Assembly: GCF_004010195.1 (NCBI RefSeq)
Contig: NC_057728.1
Span: 43,643,458-43,707,457 of the forward strand
DNA length: 64,000 nt
Direction: 5' to 3'
Source of the DNA: Chiloscyllium plagiosum
Taxonomy: Eukaryota
The notes under the pieces are model-generated. The model worked only from the letters and a program-made list of their open reading frames with translations. It did no database searches and was not told where the DNA came from. Numbering within the stretch: the stretch's first letter is position 1; the number at the start of each line of letters is the position of its first letter. This document shows positions 1 through 12,699 of the stretch, in pieces. The position numbers were made by a program, and so were the translations under genes.

Positions 1-122
1 AAATTTTGGCTATTGTATATTTGAGCTAATTGTATATCAATGTTTATATCTGAGAGTTTTGTTTATTTTTGTAAACTTGTAAAAATGTTAAATTTCTAAT
101 AAAAATATCTATAAAAAAAAAA
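1..122 (+). repeat. AT-rich 3' end with AATAAA and A-tail, probable L1/Tx1-type LINE 3' terminus inserted in the adjacent LTR
   Basis: ...ctaataaaaatatctataaaaaaaaaa directly abuts the LTR fragment starting at ~123. Confidence 0.4.
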
Positions 123-663
123 CCTATCTTTTACCTCCCTGTGTACAATGCAGGTCTGATGAAAAAAAATCCTCATTACGATTTACAAAAACATTAATCA
201 TGTTTCAAAACCAGTCAGCTTTGTTCTGTAGTTTCCTCTGTATATTTTCTCTGTAAATTCTCTCTCCAGGTCGGTTTTTATGTTCTTCTGTACAAACTTT
301 TTCCAGAGACAGGTACCTTTACAAGAGCTCTTAAACCGGCAGCCTACATCTGTTTGTCTTTTGGCAGTACTCCCTCAACTGTTCAAAAATATTCAGTTTT
401 GATACCCCAAAACATTGGATTGTTTCATTGGATTCAATATTATCAAAATACTAAATTCAAACTTGATTGGAGTTTGGTATCTTGGAGCATAATTTGAACT
501 GATTGGCAGAATTTGAATTTGTTTTTGTCTCATGGCAACCCAACTACTATAGCTGTTTTGTCTAAATGTTACATTACCTTGTTCCAGACTCTCTGTGCTT
601 TTCTAAGTGCTTGCTAGCTGTTCATCTCTCTTAAAGGTACAGTGCACTTACAACTTCATAACG
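123..663 (-). mobile_element. Partial Gypsy LTR, same family as the solo LTR at 8789-9499
   Basis: Reverse complement aligns with ~8789-9300 (ctgtacctttRagagag, gagacaaaaacaaattcaaatt, ctccaatcaagtttgaattt). Confidence 0.8.
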
Positions 664-699
664 TTACTTACCAGAGGAAATAATTCCTTTATACTTGCT

Positions 700-1123
700 A
701 TATCAATCTATGTAAATGTGTACACCAGGTGTCTGCATTTGAACACACCTTATAATGGTATCTCTCCATGTTGCTTCCCCCAAAATGCATTATTTCACAT
801 GTATCTATAATAAATTGAATGTATCTGTCCATTTTACCTATGTAAGTCCTATTGTAGTCTACTATAATCTTGTTCATTCTGCTATTCCATCAAATTTAAT
901 ATCATCTGTGACTTTTGTACCCCTTATACCAAAATTCATATCATTTATATTTAACAAAAATAATGAGCCCTCTACCAACCCTGAGCGATCCCGTTAGATA
1001 TTTATCATACTACCATTAGAAAAGTAACTTTTCAACTCTATTGTCTACCTCTTAATCTTCACTCAACTACGATCCATTTAGTGGATGACTTTTCATTATC
1101 TGATATGTCTGATAAATGTGTTA
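700..1123 (-). mobile_element. Old CR1 LINE ORF2 remnant, split by the Gypsy element and continuing at ~10629-10830
   Basis: Minus strand gives INDMNFGIRG...DDIK near 900-955 (FADD-like region) and VDVTFMDFQ near 10645-10672. Confidence 0.6.
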
Positions 1124-1691
1124 TGTAATGGACTAGACCAGATCCTCAAGATATTTCAAGAAGGTAGCCTGGACTCGAATGTTTTCTTATTTTAAAGGCA
1201 GATGGGAAGTGGACATTCCCGGTGTGATGCAGCTGGTCAAACCACTTGGCTTTAAGCAAAACGGCATTTACTTAAATGCTGCTGTTAAAACACGAACAAA
1301 AGAAAACAGAATTTAGAGTAACCTAACTGTTTGAAAACTCAACCATCTCAATACAGCTACTTAATTAAGGAGCTGTTTCAATTCCCATAACATCCATGAA
1401 CACATGCTTTGACAAAAGGTAAATTCAAAGGCCGGTTCTTGCAGGCAGGAGGGATTTCAGTGAGAAAAGTCAGTCAAGAATCATCTGCTGAAGCTTGGAA
1501 TCTTTCTTTGGACTGCAGCAGCTTCTCACTGTTACAACTAAATCAAACTAAGAAAAAAAAGCTGAACTGGAAGAATTGACCACTCCCTAGCAATTGTTAA
1601 AGTAGGCATTTCCAGAAACACTGCCTTTACAACCTTTCTTTAAAACAAGCCAAGGACTAAATAATCTTGTTAAAGTTACAGCATTGTCACA
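1124..1691 (-). repeat. 3' LTR of Gmr1-like element 1
   Basis: tgtaatggac...cattgtcaca; direct repeat of 10061-10624; adjacent PPT (ctttccccctt on +). Confidence 0.93.
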
Positions 1692-2163
1692 CTTTCCCCC
1701 TTATAAAAATTGAACCATCAGTGTACAAAGATGGCTTGATTTTAAACCCAAGTCTTACTCTGTTAGTACACTACAATAAATCTACATTGCATTGACTATA
1801 ACCATGCAATCATGCACTACTACATTCTATTTCAGTCTGTTTACTCCTGTCACCGAACACCTCCATTTTTTTGTCAAAATCTCGACAAAGTGTCAGCAAT
1901 TACATTTTCTCGTCCTACCACATGTATAATTTTCAAATCGAATGCCTGCAATAATAAGCTCCAACTAAACAATCTCGAATTTTGTCCTCAAATTTCTCCG
2001 AAAGACTTTAATGAGTTATGAGCAGTATATATGATTGTCTCAAACAAATTACTGGCAACATAAAGGTTGAAATGTTGTAACACCAACACCAAGCTCAAAT
2101 TCTCCTTCTCAATTGTCGAATATTCCTGCTGATGAATATTCAATTTCATGGAGAAATATCCAA

Positions 2164-2663
2164 GTCAAAAAGTGTGGCACTAGAAATGCACAGCGGGTCA
2201 AGCAGCATCCGAGGAGCACAAGATTTGACATTTCGAACATAAGCCCTTCATCAGGAATGTGGAGGGGGAAGGGGCCTGAGAGTTAAATAGGAGGTGGGAT
2301 GTGGCTGGAGCGGGCGGAGGTAGGTGGGAAGACGATAGGTGGATGCCGGTGGGAGGTAATTGTGACAGGTCGGTGGGGAGGATGGAACAGATAAGTGGGA
2401 AGTAAGATGGACAGATAGGACAGGTCAAGAAGGTAGTGTCGAGTTGGAGAGTTTGATCTGGGATGAGGTGGGGGGAGGGGAGATTTGGAAACTGGAGAAG
2501 TCAATGTTGATGCCATGTGGTTGGAGGGTGTCAAGGTGGAAGATGAGACATTTTATTTCCAGTTGGTGGGTGGATTTAATTTGGTGGTGAAGGAGGCTCA
2601 AGACTTGCATGTCTTTTGGGAAGTAGGAGAGGGAATTGAAGTGGTTAACCACAGGGCAGTTGG
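2164..2663 (-). mobile_element. 5'-truncated Penelope-like element inserted in the RNase H region
   Basis: GIY-YIG C-terminal peptide HFNSLSYFPKDMQVL; pLTR tail; TSD TATCCAA at 2157-2163 and 2664-2670. Confidence 0.85.
2221..2258 (-). ncRNA. Minimal type I hammerhead ribozyme motif (Penelope terminus)
   Basis: Minus strand attc-CTGATGA-a-gggc ttat gttc-GAAA-tg-TC; stem II needs two G-U wobbles. Confidence 0.6.
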
Positions 2664-5246
2664 TATCCAATAGGCCTTGCCAACTTCTGATCATTTTCTT
2701 GTAAGAGTACAGCATTGACATTCACATCACTCACATCGATAGCCACCTTGAATAGCTTTGCATAATTATGTGTGGCCCATACTGGGGCAGTGGTTATCAC
2801 AGCTTTCAGGCTGTCAAATGCCTTCTGATGGTCTGCCATGCACTGAAATTTCTTGCATTTCTTTAATAATTCAGTGAATGGAGCAGCCACACTGCTAAAA
2901 TTTGGAATGAATTTCCGATAAAACCCACTCAATCCCAGGAATCGTAATACTACTCTTTTCATCGATGGTGTGGAAAACTCCCCAGTAACCTTTGTTTTCA
3001 CATTCCATGGGACCATCTGTCCATGTCCGATAAAATGACCCAGGAATGTGACTTGAGCATGGCGAATTCACTCTTAGCCAGGTATATCACCAGGCTTGCC
3101 TCCCAAAGTCAATTGAATAATTCTAATAAATACTGCAAATGGTCCTTCGATGTGTGACTAAAAATCACCAGGTCATCGAGGCAAACCACACAACTGGTAA
3201 TCCAGAAATTACTTTAATGGTTAACCTTTGAAATATGGCTGGCTTTACCAAATGGCATGACTTTAAATTGATACAGTCCATTAAATACTACAAAAGCTGA
3301 AATTCTCTTCGCTCTTTCGGACAAAAGAAACTGCCAGTATCCTCAGAGTAAATCAACTTAGAAATATACGTTGCTTGTTCCACCTTTTCAGCAGAGTCTT
3401 CCAAACATGGAATTGGATGTGAATCAGACTTTGTAACTGCACTGACTTTGCAATAGTCCACACATAATGATTGGGTACCATCTGGTTTTGGCACCATTAC
3501 TCTAGGTGAGCTCCAGTCACTGCAACCTACTTTAAATATGTCGACTTGGAGCCTGTGTTCAATCACTTTTTGAACCGACTTTAAGGGATTAAATCTATAA
3601 GGATGTTTTTTTTAATGGGAATAGCATTTCCGATATCCACATCATGCAAAATTAGATTAGTACTTCCCAACTAATTTCTACATATCTCCCCATGTGATAG
3701 CAATAATTCTTTCAGGTCATTTCGATTTTCCTCTGGAAGGTAACTCAATAATTTATTCTAATTTTTGACAACTTCCTCATTATCCAATGTAATTTGAGAA
3801 ATGTTCAATTCAGAATTCTCTGAACTTCGTTCTTCACTCTGTTGTAACCAGTAACACATTCTCCTTTTGCTTTCCTTCCCTATCAAAATACATTTTGGGC
3901 ATATTAATATGGCACACTCTGTGGGAGTTATTTCTATCGAGAGCCCCTATCAAATAGTTTACCTCATTTAATCTCCTTTTGATTTAATAAGATCCACTAA
4001 ATCTTACTTATAAAGGTTCACCTATCACTGGAAGTAACTCTAACACTTTATCTCCAATAGCAAAATTGCGAGTTTTTGATTTCTTGTCTGTTTCCTGCTT
4101 CATTATATGCTGTGATATTTTTCAGTGCTGTCCAGCCAACTCCCCCATTCTATTTAACCATTGCTGAAAATCTGACACATAGTCCAAATATGTCTCAGAA
4201 CTCTGACTCACCAATTTCCCCTTAATCAATTTTAGCGGTCCTCATACTTCCTGCCCAAAAACTAATTAAAACGTATTGAATTTCTGATGGGAAGAAGTAC
4301 AAACATAATTCCTGTATCCCAATCATCTGGATAATCTTGACTATAAGCCCTTAGTATGGTCTATATGTCTGACGCCACCCTTCTAGCACTCCCTGGGATT
4401 TTGGATGGCACACAGTAGATTTGAATTGTTTTATTCCCAAGCTGTCCATAACTTCCTTGAATAATTTTGATGTAAAATTTGACCCTCGGTCTGATTGTAT
4501 CACTGTGGGTAGCCCATATCTCGTGAAAAACTCTTCTCCAATGCTTTTAGCTGTGGTGTTGCACAATGGAATGGTGTCTAGAAATCTAGCGGACACGTCC
4601 ATTATTGTTAACAAATACTGATTCCCACTTTTTGTTTCAGGTAGGCATTCTATGCAATCAGTTAAGACTCTTGTAAATGGTTCCTCAAATAACTGAATGG
4701 ATATTAAAAGTGTGGATTTTATTACTGCCTGCGATTTTCTAACTAACCGACATGTATGATGCGTCTGGCAAAATTCAACTACATCCTTGTGCAGTTCAGG
4801 CCAATAAAATGTTTTCGTATTTCAGCTTTAATTTGTCTTACTACTAAGTTACCTCCCTGGTAATTCAGCCGCTACCCGCAACACCACCTTTCTTTAAACC
4901 ACTGGTAATACGATTTGATGAACTTCCACCCATTTCTCATCTGCCTGAATATATGATGGTCTCCATTTCCTCACTAAGACATCCTCTTTTAAGATATTAT
5001 CACTCGGCGATATACTCAGATTCTCCTTTCATGTACGCTTTTTGATACAATTGCTTCAGTTTTTCATATTTCTGTTGTAACTCTTTTAATTTCTCTGAGC
5101 TAAAAATATCCACTTTTTCTGCCACCTGTTTCTGTTTTGTTTCAACCATTCGGTCAAACATGGTTTTTGATCATTCTACTTCAACTTCCTTTTCTATATT
5201 CTTCGCTATCTTCTCCTGTTTCAACTGCTGACTTTGTGACCTCATT

Positions 5247-7477
5247 GGAAAAGAATAGACCAGATCTAAAAGTTGGAGTTCTAAATTGGAGAAAGGCTAA
5301 TTTGACAGTATTAGGCAAGAACTTTCAAAAGCTGATTGGTGGCAGATGTTCGCAGGTTAAAGGGATGGCTGGAAAATGGGAAGCCTTCAGGAATGAGATC
5401 ACAAGATTCCAGAGAAAGTATATTCCTGTTAGGGTGAAAGGAAAGGCTGGTAGGTATAGGGAATGCTGGATGACTAAAGAAATTGAGGGTTTGGTTAAGA
5501 AAAAGAAGGAAGCATATGTAAGGTAAAGACAGGATAGATTGAGTGAATACTTAGAAGAGTATAAAGGCAGTAGGAGTACACTTAAGAGGGAAATCAGGAG
5601 GGCAAAAAAGGGGACATGAGAGAGCTTTGGAAAATAGAATTAAGGAGAATCTAAAGGGTTGTTACATATACATTAAGGACAAAAAAGTAACTAGAAAAAG
5701 AATAGGGCCCCTCAAAGATCAGCAAGGCGGCCTTTGTGTGGAGCCGCAGAAAATGGGGGAAATACTAAGCAAGTATTTTGCATCAGTATTTATTGTGAAA
5801 AAGGATATGGAAGATATAGAATGTAGGGGAATAGATGGTGACACCTTGCAAAATGTCCATATTACAGAGGAGGAAGTGCTGGATGTCTTGAAATGCATAA
5901 AAGTGAATACATTCCCAGGACCTGATCAGGTATAACCTAGAACTCTGTGGGAAGCTAGAGAAGTGATTGCTGGGCCTCTTGCTGAGATATTTGTATCATC
6001 GATAGTCACAGGTGAGGTGCCGGAAGACTGGAGGTTGGCTAACGTGATGCATTTGTTTGAGAAGGGTGGTACGGACAAGCCAGGGAACTATAGACCAGTG
6101 AGCCTGACATTGGTGGTGGGCAAATTTTTGAACGGAATCCTGAGGGACAGGATATACATGTATTTGGAAAGGCAAGGACTGATTAGGTGTAGTCAACATG
6201 GCTTTGTGCATGGGAAATCATGTCTCAGAAACTTGATTTGAGTTTTTTGAAGAAGTAACAATGAGGATGGATGAGGGCAGAGCAGTAGATGTGATCTATA
6301 TGGACTTCAGTAAGGCATTCGACAAGGTCCCCCATGGGTTGATTGCAAGGTTAAATTTCACAGAGTACAGGGCGAACTAGCTATTTGGATACAGAACTGG
6401 CTCAAATGTAGAAGACAGAGGGTGGCAGTGGAGGGTTGTTTTTCAGACTGGAGGCCTGTGACCAGTGGAGTGCCACAAGGATCGGTGCTGGGTCCTCTAC
6501 CTTTTTGTCATTTACATAAGTGATTTGGATGCGAGCATAAGAGGTACAGTTAGTAAGTTTGCAGATGACACGAAAATTGGAGGTGTAGTGGACAACGAAA
6601 GAGGGTTACCTCAGATTATAACAGGATCTTGACCAGATGGGCCAATGGACTGAGAAGTGGCAGATGGAGTTTAATTCAGATAAATGCAAGGTGCTGCATT
6701 TTGGGAAAGCAAATCTTAGCAGGACTTATACACTTAATGGCAAGCGAGTGTTGCTGAATAAAGAGATCTTGGAATGCAGGTTCATAGCTCCTTGAAAGTG
6801 GAGTCGCAGGTAAATAGGATAGTGAAGAAAGCGTTTGGTATGGTTTCCTTTATTGGTCAGAGTATTGAGTACAGGAACTGGAAGGTCATGTTGCAGCTGT
6901 ACAGGACATTGGTTAGGCTACTGTTTGAATATTGCGTGCAATTCTGGTCTCCTTCCTATCGGAAAGATGTTGTGAAACTTGAAAGGGTTCAGAAAAGATT
7001 TACAAGGATGTTGCTAGGGTTGGAGGATTTGAGCATTCGGGAGAGGCTGAACAGGCTGGGACTGTTTTCCCTGGATCATCGGAGGCTGAGGGGTGACCTT
7101 ATAGAGGTTTACAAAATTTTGAGGGGCATAGATAGGATAAATAGGCAAAGTCTTTTCCCTGGGGTCGGGGTGTCCAGAACTAGAGGGCATAGGTTTAAGG
7201 TGAGAGGGGGGAAGATATAAAAGAGACCTAAAGGACAACGTTTTCACGCAGAGGGTGGTGCGTGTATGGAATGAGCTGCCAGAGGATGTGGTGGAGGCTG
7301 GTACAATTGCAACATTTAAGAGGCATTTGGATGGGTATATGAATAGGAAGGGTTTGGAGGGATATGGGCCGGGTGCTGGAGGTGGGACTAGATTGGGTTG
7401 GGATATCTGGTCGGAATGGACAGGTTAGACCAAAGGGTCTGTTTCCATGCTGTACATCTCTATAACTCTATGACCCT
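5247..7477 (+). mobile_element. 5'-truncated CR1 LINE (ORF2 RT plus 3' tail) inserted between PR and INT of the Gypsy element
   Basis: PGPD, DWRLANV, NYRPVSLT, QHGF, YMDFSKAFDKVPH, GVPQGSVLGP, FADDTK motifs; ctctatgac-type tail; host sequence ctcatt|atcacacag rejoins when compared with the paralogous element at ~59250. Confidence 0.95.
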
Positions 7478-8788
7478 ATCACACAGTCAGGAAAAATGCC
7501 AGGATATACTTGCTGTAATCCACAGTTGACTGATTCTCCACTGGTTTTTCAACCACAGTAAGCACACTCCTACCTGTGACCCAGCTATATTGTTAGCAAG
7601 GACAAATTGCATTCCTGGACCCAAGAGGTTTTCCAGTACTCTTACCATCACTTCTTCACTTTTCACTGGACATTCTAACCTCTTTTTACATAACTAAGCA
7701 CTTATTGTCTCACCCATGAATTCCATATACGAGCACCTTTTGTGGGAACAGTCCTTCTGAGTTATATATCTCCTCATCTCTCAACATCAAAGATTGACAT
7801 GTTCCTGTATCTCTTAATGCTATCAACGTTTTACCTGCTGCTCCTGGCCTTTGTGAATAAACCTTACCTTCACAAGTAAATGGTTTAAGAATATCTGGCA
7901 CTTCCTCCTTAACCAACCTCCAACCAGGTTGTACATTCTGGTGCAGCTTTTACCCTCCACTGTGCTTTCCATTGCCACTTCAATAAAATTCACTAGCTTA
8001 TCCAGTTTTCCTGCACCCATCTTCATGTGATTTCATGTGGCGCACTTTATTGCAGTGAAAACATCGGATCTTTTTAACTTTTCTATCCCTTTCATTGGTT
8101 TCCTTTTTACCCTGTGGTGAGCTATCTTTATTATCTGCACTGCCCTTACCATGTGAGGATCCCATTTTTTCCCCAATTTCTATCCCTCATGGATTTAAAT
8201 TGATGCTGGAAGCCAAACTTTGATTTATGAATCAACTCATAACCATCAGCCATTTCAGCTGCTTATCTTGCCGTTTTAATTCTCTGCTCTTCCACATGAG
8301 TTCTCACTACCTCAAGAACTGAATTTTGAACTCCTCCCAAATAATCGTCTGTCCAAGACGGTCATAGGTTTGCTCTATCTTTACTGCCTTATCCACCTAT
8401 CAAAATTGCTTTGTTTGATCCTTTCAAACTCAATGTAGGTTTGACCAGGGTTCCTCTTTAGATTCCTGAAATGTTGCCTGCAGGCTTCTGGCACAAGCTC
8501 ATATGCACTTAAGATGGCTTTCTTCACTTCCTCCAACTCTCCAGATGCCTGCTCTGATAGGTGATGCAAATACCTCACTAGCTCTACCTACTAGCTTTGT
8601 TTGGATCAACAAAACTCACATGGTCACTGGCCACTTCATTTGTTTAGCCACCGTCTTAAATGAGATGAAAAAGGCTTCTCATCAAATTTAGGAAATACTT
8701 GAATATATTTAAACAGATCCCCACCAGGCGTGTGGCTGTAATGGATTTCCTCATCTTCATTATCTTCCTCACGAAGCCTACCTTCTAC

Positions 8789-9499
8789 TGTTGTGAAGGT
8801 GTCAGGAGTACTGTACCTTTGAGAGAGTTGAAGGACTTGGCAAGCACACAGAGTGCTGGAGAATTTACAATGTAACATTTGGTCCAGCAGCTAGCAGTAT
8901 GTTGCTATGAGACAAAAACAAATTCAAATTTAGCCAATCAGTTTAAATTATGCCCCAAGATACTAGACTCCAATCAAGTTTGAATTTGGTAATCTTACAA
9001 CATTAAAATGATGAAACGATCTGATGCTTTGCAGTATAAACATTAAACAAATTGAACAGTTGGGGGAGAACTGCCAAACCACCAACATATGCAGACTGCC
9101 TGCAGAATAGTTGTCTTAAAGGTATCTTTATCTCCCAACAACCTGTGAAACAGAAGTCCTAAGAAGAAAAAAAGAAGACGGGGAAGATACAAAGAGAAAA
9201 TTTGACAGCTGGCTGGTTTTGACATTTAGTTTTTTGGTAAATCTTAATTGGGTGTTTTATCGGACCAGTATTGTCGAAGAGAAAGTAAAAGATAGGTTAG
9301 AGAAAGCAGTTGTAAATAGTTGTTAGTTAATATTCTATGTTAGACTTAAAGAAGAAAGTTTTTATATTTTCTGTACTTTAAATAGTGACTTTTAGGATAG
9401 TTCTTGGCCTCTCGAATTTTAATAGATTACAGCATGAGCTAATAATTTCTGTGTTGCAGGTTTAAATTAGCAGAGGGGGGTTAACTCCGAGTCGTAACA
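8789..9499 (+). mobile_element. Solo Gypsy LTR inserted antisense in gag of element 1
   Basis: tgttgtgaag...gtcgtaaca; TSD CTAC at 8785-8788 and 9500-9503. Confidence 0.9.
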
Positions 9500-10060
9500 C
9501 TACCTTAACCTCCATCCTTTTCAGCCAACCTTCCTACCAAAGTGCCAATTTACGAAGTTCAAATTCCCCCTCTTTCTCCCTTTCCTTTCTTTTCCTTTTT
9601 GTTCTGCTAAAGCGATTCATTCTTTTTCTCTTTACAATGCTTTTAACCATAATTCAAACTATTTCGTTTCTTTTTCTATTTATTTTTCTTTTGTCTCTAA
9701 CCCAAGCTGCTTCATTTTCAGTTGAATTTTAGCCATTTCCAAAGATTACAATGGCATTTCCAGTAAATTTAAATGCTGAGCTATTGCTGTAATTATCTCT
9801 CCTTCTGGCACAGATGAAGGTAACTCCAACTCCAGCTTGTCTGTCAATTCCAGCAGCTTTGCCTTGTTCACCTTTTGTAAAGGCCCAAAGTCACTTCTTC
9901 CACCCCCAGAAAACTCTTGGTGATTGATAGTACCATTACTACACCAAACATTTTAAAAACAACCAAATTCAACACATTGAACAAAAGACATTAATAACTA
10001 CCACTCGCTGTCAACAACCCTAATCCCAAATTGAAATGACAAAATTGATTTCATCCAATC

Positions 10061-10624
10061 TGTTATGGACCAGGCCAGACCCCCTCAAAGTATTTCAAGA
10101 AGGTAGCCTGCACCCTAAAGTTTTTCTTATTTTAAACGTAGATGTGGAGTGGATGTTCCAAGTGTGATACAACTGGTCAAACCACTTGGCTTTAAGCAAA
10201 ACAGCGTTTATTTAAACGCTACAGTTGAAACACAAACAAAAGAAGATAGAATTTAGAATAACTTAACTATTTGAAAACTCAACCGACTTGATACAGCAAC
10301 TTAACTAAGGAGCTGTTCCAATTCCTGTAACATCCCATAAACACACTCCTTGGCAAAAGGTAAATTTGAACTCAGTTCTTCCAGGGAGATATTTCAGAGA
10401 GAAAAGTCAATCAAGAATTATCTGCTAAACCTTGGAACCTTTCTCTGGACTGCAGCAGCTTCTCACTGTTACAGCTAAACCAAACTAGAAACAAAACCTG
10501 AATTGGGAGAACTGCAATTGTTAGAGTTGACATTTCCAGACATTTCAGCACCTTCGCCGTTATAACCTCTCTTGAAAAAAACCCACAGACAAAATAACCT
10601 TGTTAAAGTGACAGCATTGTTACA
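10061..10624 (-). repeat. 5' LTR of Gmr1-like element 1
   Basis: tgttatggac...cattgttaca; direct repeat of 1124-1691. Confidence 0.93.
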
Positions 10625-11469
10625 GTTACTTTATTAGGTGCACTTTGAAAGTCCATAAATGTAACATCAACTTCACCACGATCAATCCTTTATTTTTCAA
10701 ACACCCTCAACAGTTTAGTCTGATATGATTTGTGTTTAACCCTTTTAAAGCCTTACTTCTCCAAGTGACAATGAATTGTACAGGGGTCTTTAGAAATTTA
10801 TCTCTGCTGATGTTTGATAAATGGCAACTAGTAAGCAGAAACAACAGTTTCAAATAAAGAAAGGACTAATACTTGTTAAATAATATTTCTTTCATTTCCT
10901 TCTAGAGATCCTTTACACAGAGCTATCAAAAAAAAATTTTGGAACATGCAATCTGCCCATTTGCTAAGAATTGAATAGTCTACAGCAATGTGAAAGATCA
11001 GAAGGACAAAAGGAGCACATTTTTAATTTAAAAATATATTATTTCTGAGTAGGACATATAAATATAAATATCAATAGTACGTTTTTGTGTATTTACAATT
11101 TTTCACAATTTGACTAGAATTAATTACTTTGCCTTGATAAACTATGCTTTCACTATGATAAGGCTGATATGTTTCAACTGTCAATGGTCAAAATTTGGTT
11201 ATAGTCGGGATATCTAAGAATAAACAACAAACAAAACTGATGAAAATAGATCAGATTCAACACATCAAGATGATTTACTTCTGTTACACTGTAATTAACC
11301 ACTTTTCATCATTAGCTGCTAGTACAGGATGTAACACTTACACTTTCAAAATCGTAATATCATTATGTCCTTTATTTACTAAATTCACAAGACATAGCAT
11401 TCTTTACAACTTCAGAATAGATTTTACTGCAAATTAATAACAAACTTTAAGCATAAATTCCTTAATCAA

Positions 11470-11725
11470 TCCCACCCAAACCTGCATCCCTACCCGATCT
11501 CTGTAACCCTGCATTTTCCATAGCTAATCTACCTAGTCTGCAAATCATTATGGGCAAGTTAGCATGGCCAATCCACCTAATCTGCACATCTTTCAACTGT
11601 GGGAGGAAACCCACACAGACATGGGAGAATGTACAAACCCCAAATATAGAATCATCTTGAGGGTGGAATCAAACCCAGGTCCCTAGAACTGCAAGGCAGC
11701 AGTTTATTCAGTGAGCCACCATGCC
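11470..11725 (-). mobile_element. HE1-type tRNA-derived SINE
   Basis: gggcaaKttagcatggccaat core, cagacaYggg(g)agaatgt, gagccaccatgcc head shared with the other copies. Confidence 0.85.
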
Positions 11726-12618
11726 AACACTAGTACAATCAGACATACATCAGCCCAACTGCTTAGATTTGAAATTAACGTACAAGATATTAAGGGATAT
11801 CATATAAAATAGCAGCATATCATACACCAGATTTCCTTGATGCAGAGTAGCCCACAGAAATCATTCAGTATTTTCAATCTACCTTGCATTTTGTTTTCTG
11901 CAACATTATCTCCTCTTACAGCAAAGATTAATTTTGTTGCACTGGTGAAATGTCAGTATCTTTGTAGTTATTATGCAGCTTAGCAATGGAAGCTGAATAA
12001 ATTAGACATTTCTTCAAAATGATCCCAATTCTCCACAAAACAAAAATTTCCTAAAAACAGCAAGAGTTACTGAAGGCATGTTTTATTTAAAAGAACCACA
12101 CAAGAAAAACTTAAATAATAACCTTATGTAGCTCCATACAAAATTGTCGAGACATTTTCTCTGAACTTCATAGGGTTTAAAAAATCTCTGACAATCTTAC
12201 CATCCAATTATAAAGCATGAGACAAAAATCACAAAATGGACAACAGATGTGATGTAGCTGAATTATTCTACAAAGACAAATTCAATTTCAGAGGGTGCAC
12301 GACTTAGTTCATGGCTACAAAGAAAATCTTTTTAAAATGTTAATGATTTGCATTATTGTATTTATCTCAAAATTTCTCCACCACGGTTATATATCAATTA
12401 AATCAAGTTGTTCATGCAGCCTTCAGTCCTTCAAAAATGCCATCTCTCAGACTAGTGAAAAAAACTCATTCTTTAATAAAAACCACAATACTAAATTAAA
12501 ATACATAGCACACTGGAAAAGTACTTCTGATACCATTTTGTTGATTTCCTGCTGTTTTACATAATCCTGAAGAGATGATCATTTAAGATGTACATTTTGT
12601 TACTATTATTGTGCTTAC

Positions 12619-12699
12619 CTGAAAAGTACAAAATCGTGTTCCATTTGGTGGATGAACCTTAACAGAGTCAGCACCCGTGCTCATTTCAGAAAAAATCAT
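12619..12699 (-). CDS. ppfia2: Short coding exon, probable alternative N-terminal exon of liprin-alpha-2 (MIFSEMSTGADSVKVHPPNGTRFCTFQ)
   Basis: ATG at 12699-12697, 27 stop-free codons ending CAG|GTAAGC (phase-0 donor); pyrimidine tract plus CAG just upstream; repeat-poor surroundings; resembles my recollection of a vertebrate PPFIA2 isoform start (MIFSDM...KVHPPNGTRFYTFQ then EFAALTKEL), not searched. Confidence 0.75.

Larger units (their letters stand above)
1124..10624 (-). mobile_element. Full-length decayed Gmr1-like Ty3/Gypsy LTR retrotransposon (gag-PR-INT-RT-RNaseH) with nested insertions
   Basis: Two TG..CA LTRs (1124-1691, 10061-10624); TSD GTTA at 1120-1123 and 10625-10628; PPT at 1692-1703; gag AYELVPEACRQHFR (~8400-8700); protease LRDTG (~7810); integrase QSDRGSNF (~4490); RT WSSPRVMVPKPDG..LCVDYCKV (~3450-3520); RFLGLSGFYRKF (~2930); many stops and frameshifts. 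Confidence 0.95.
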
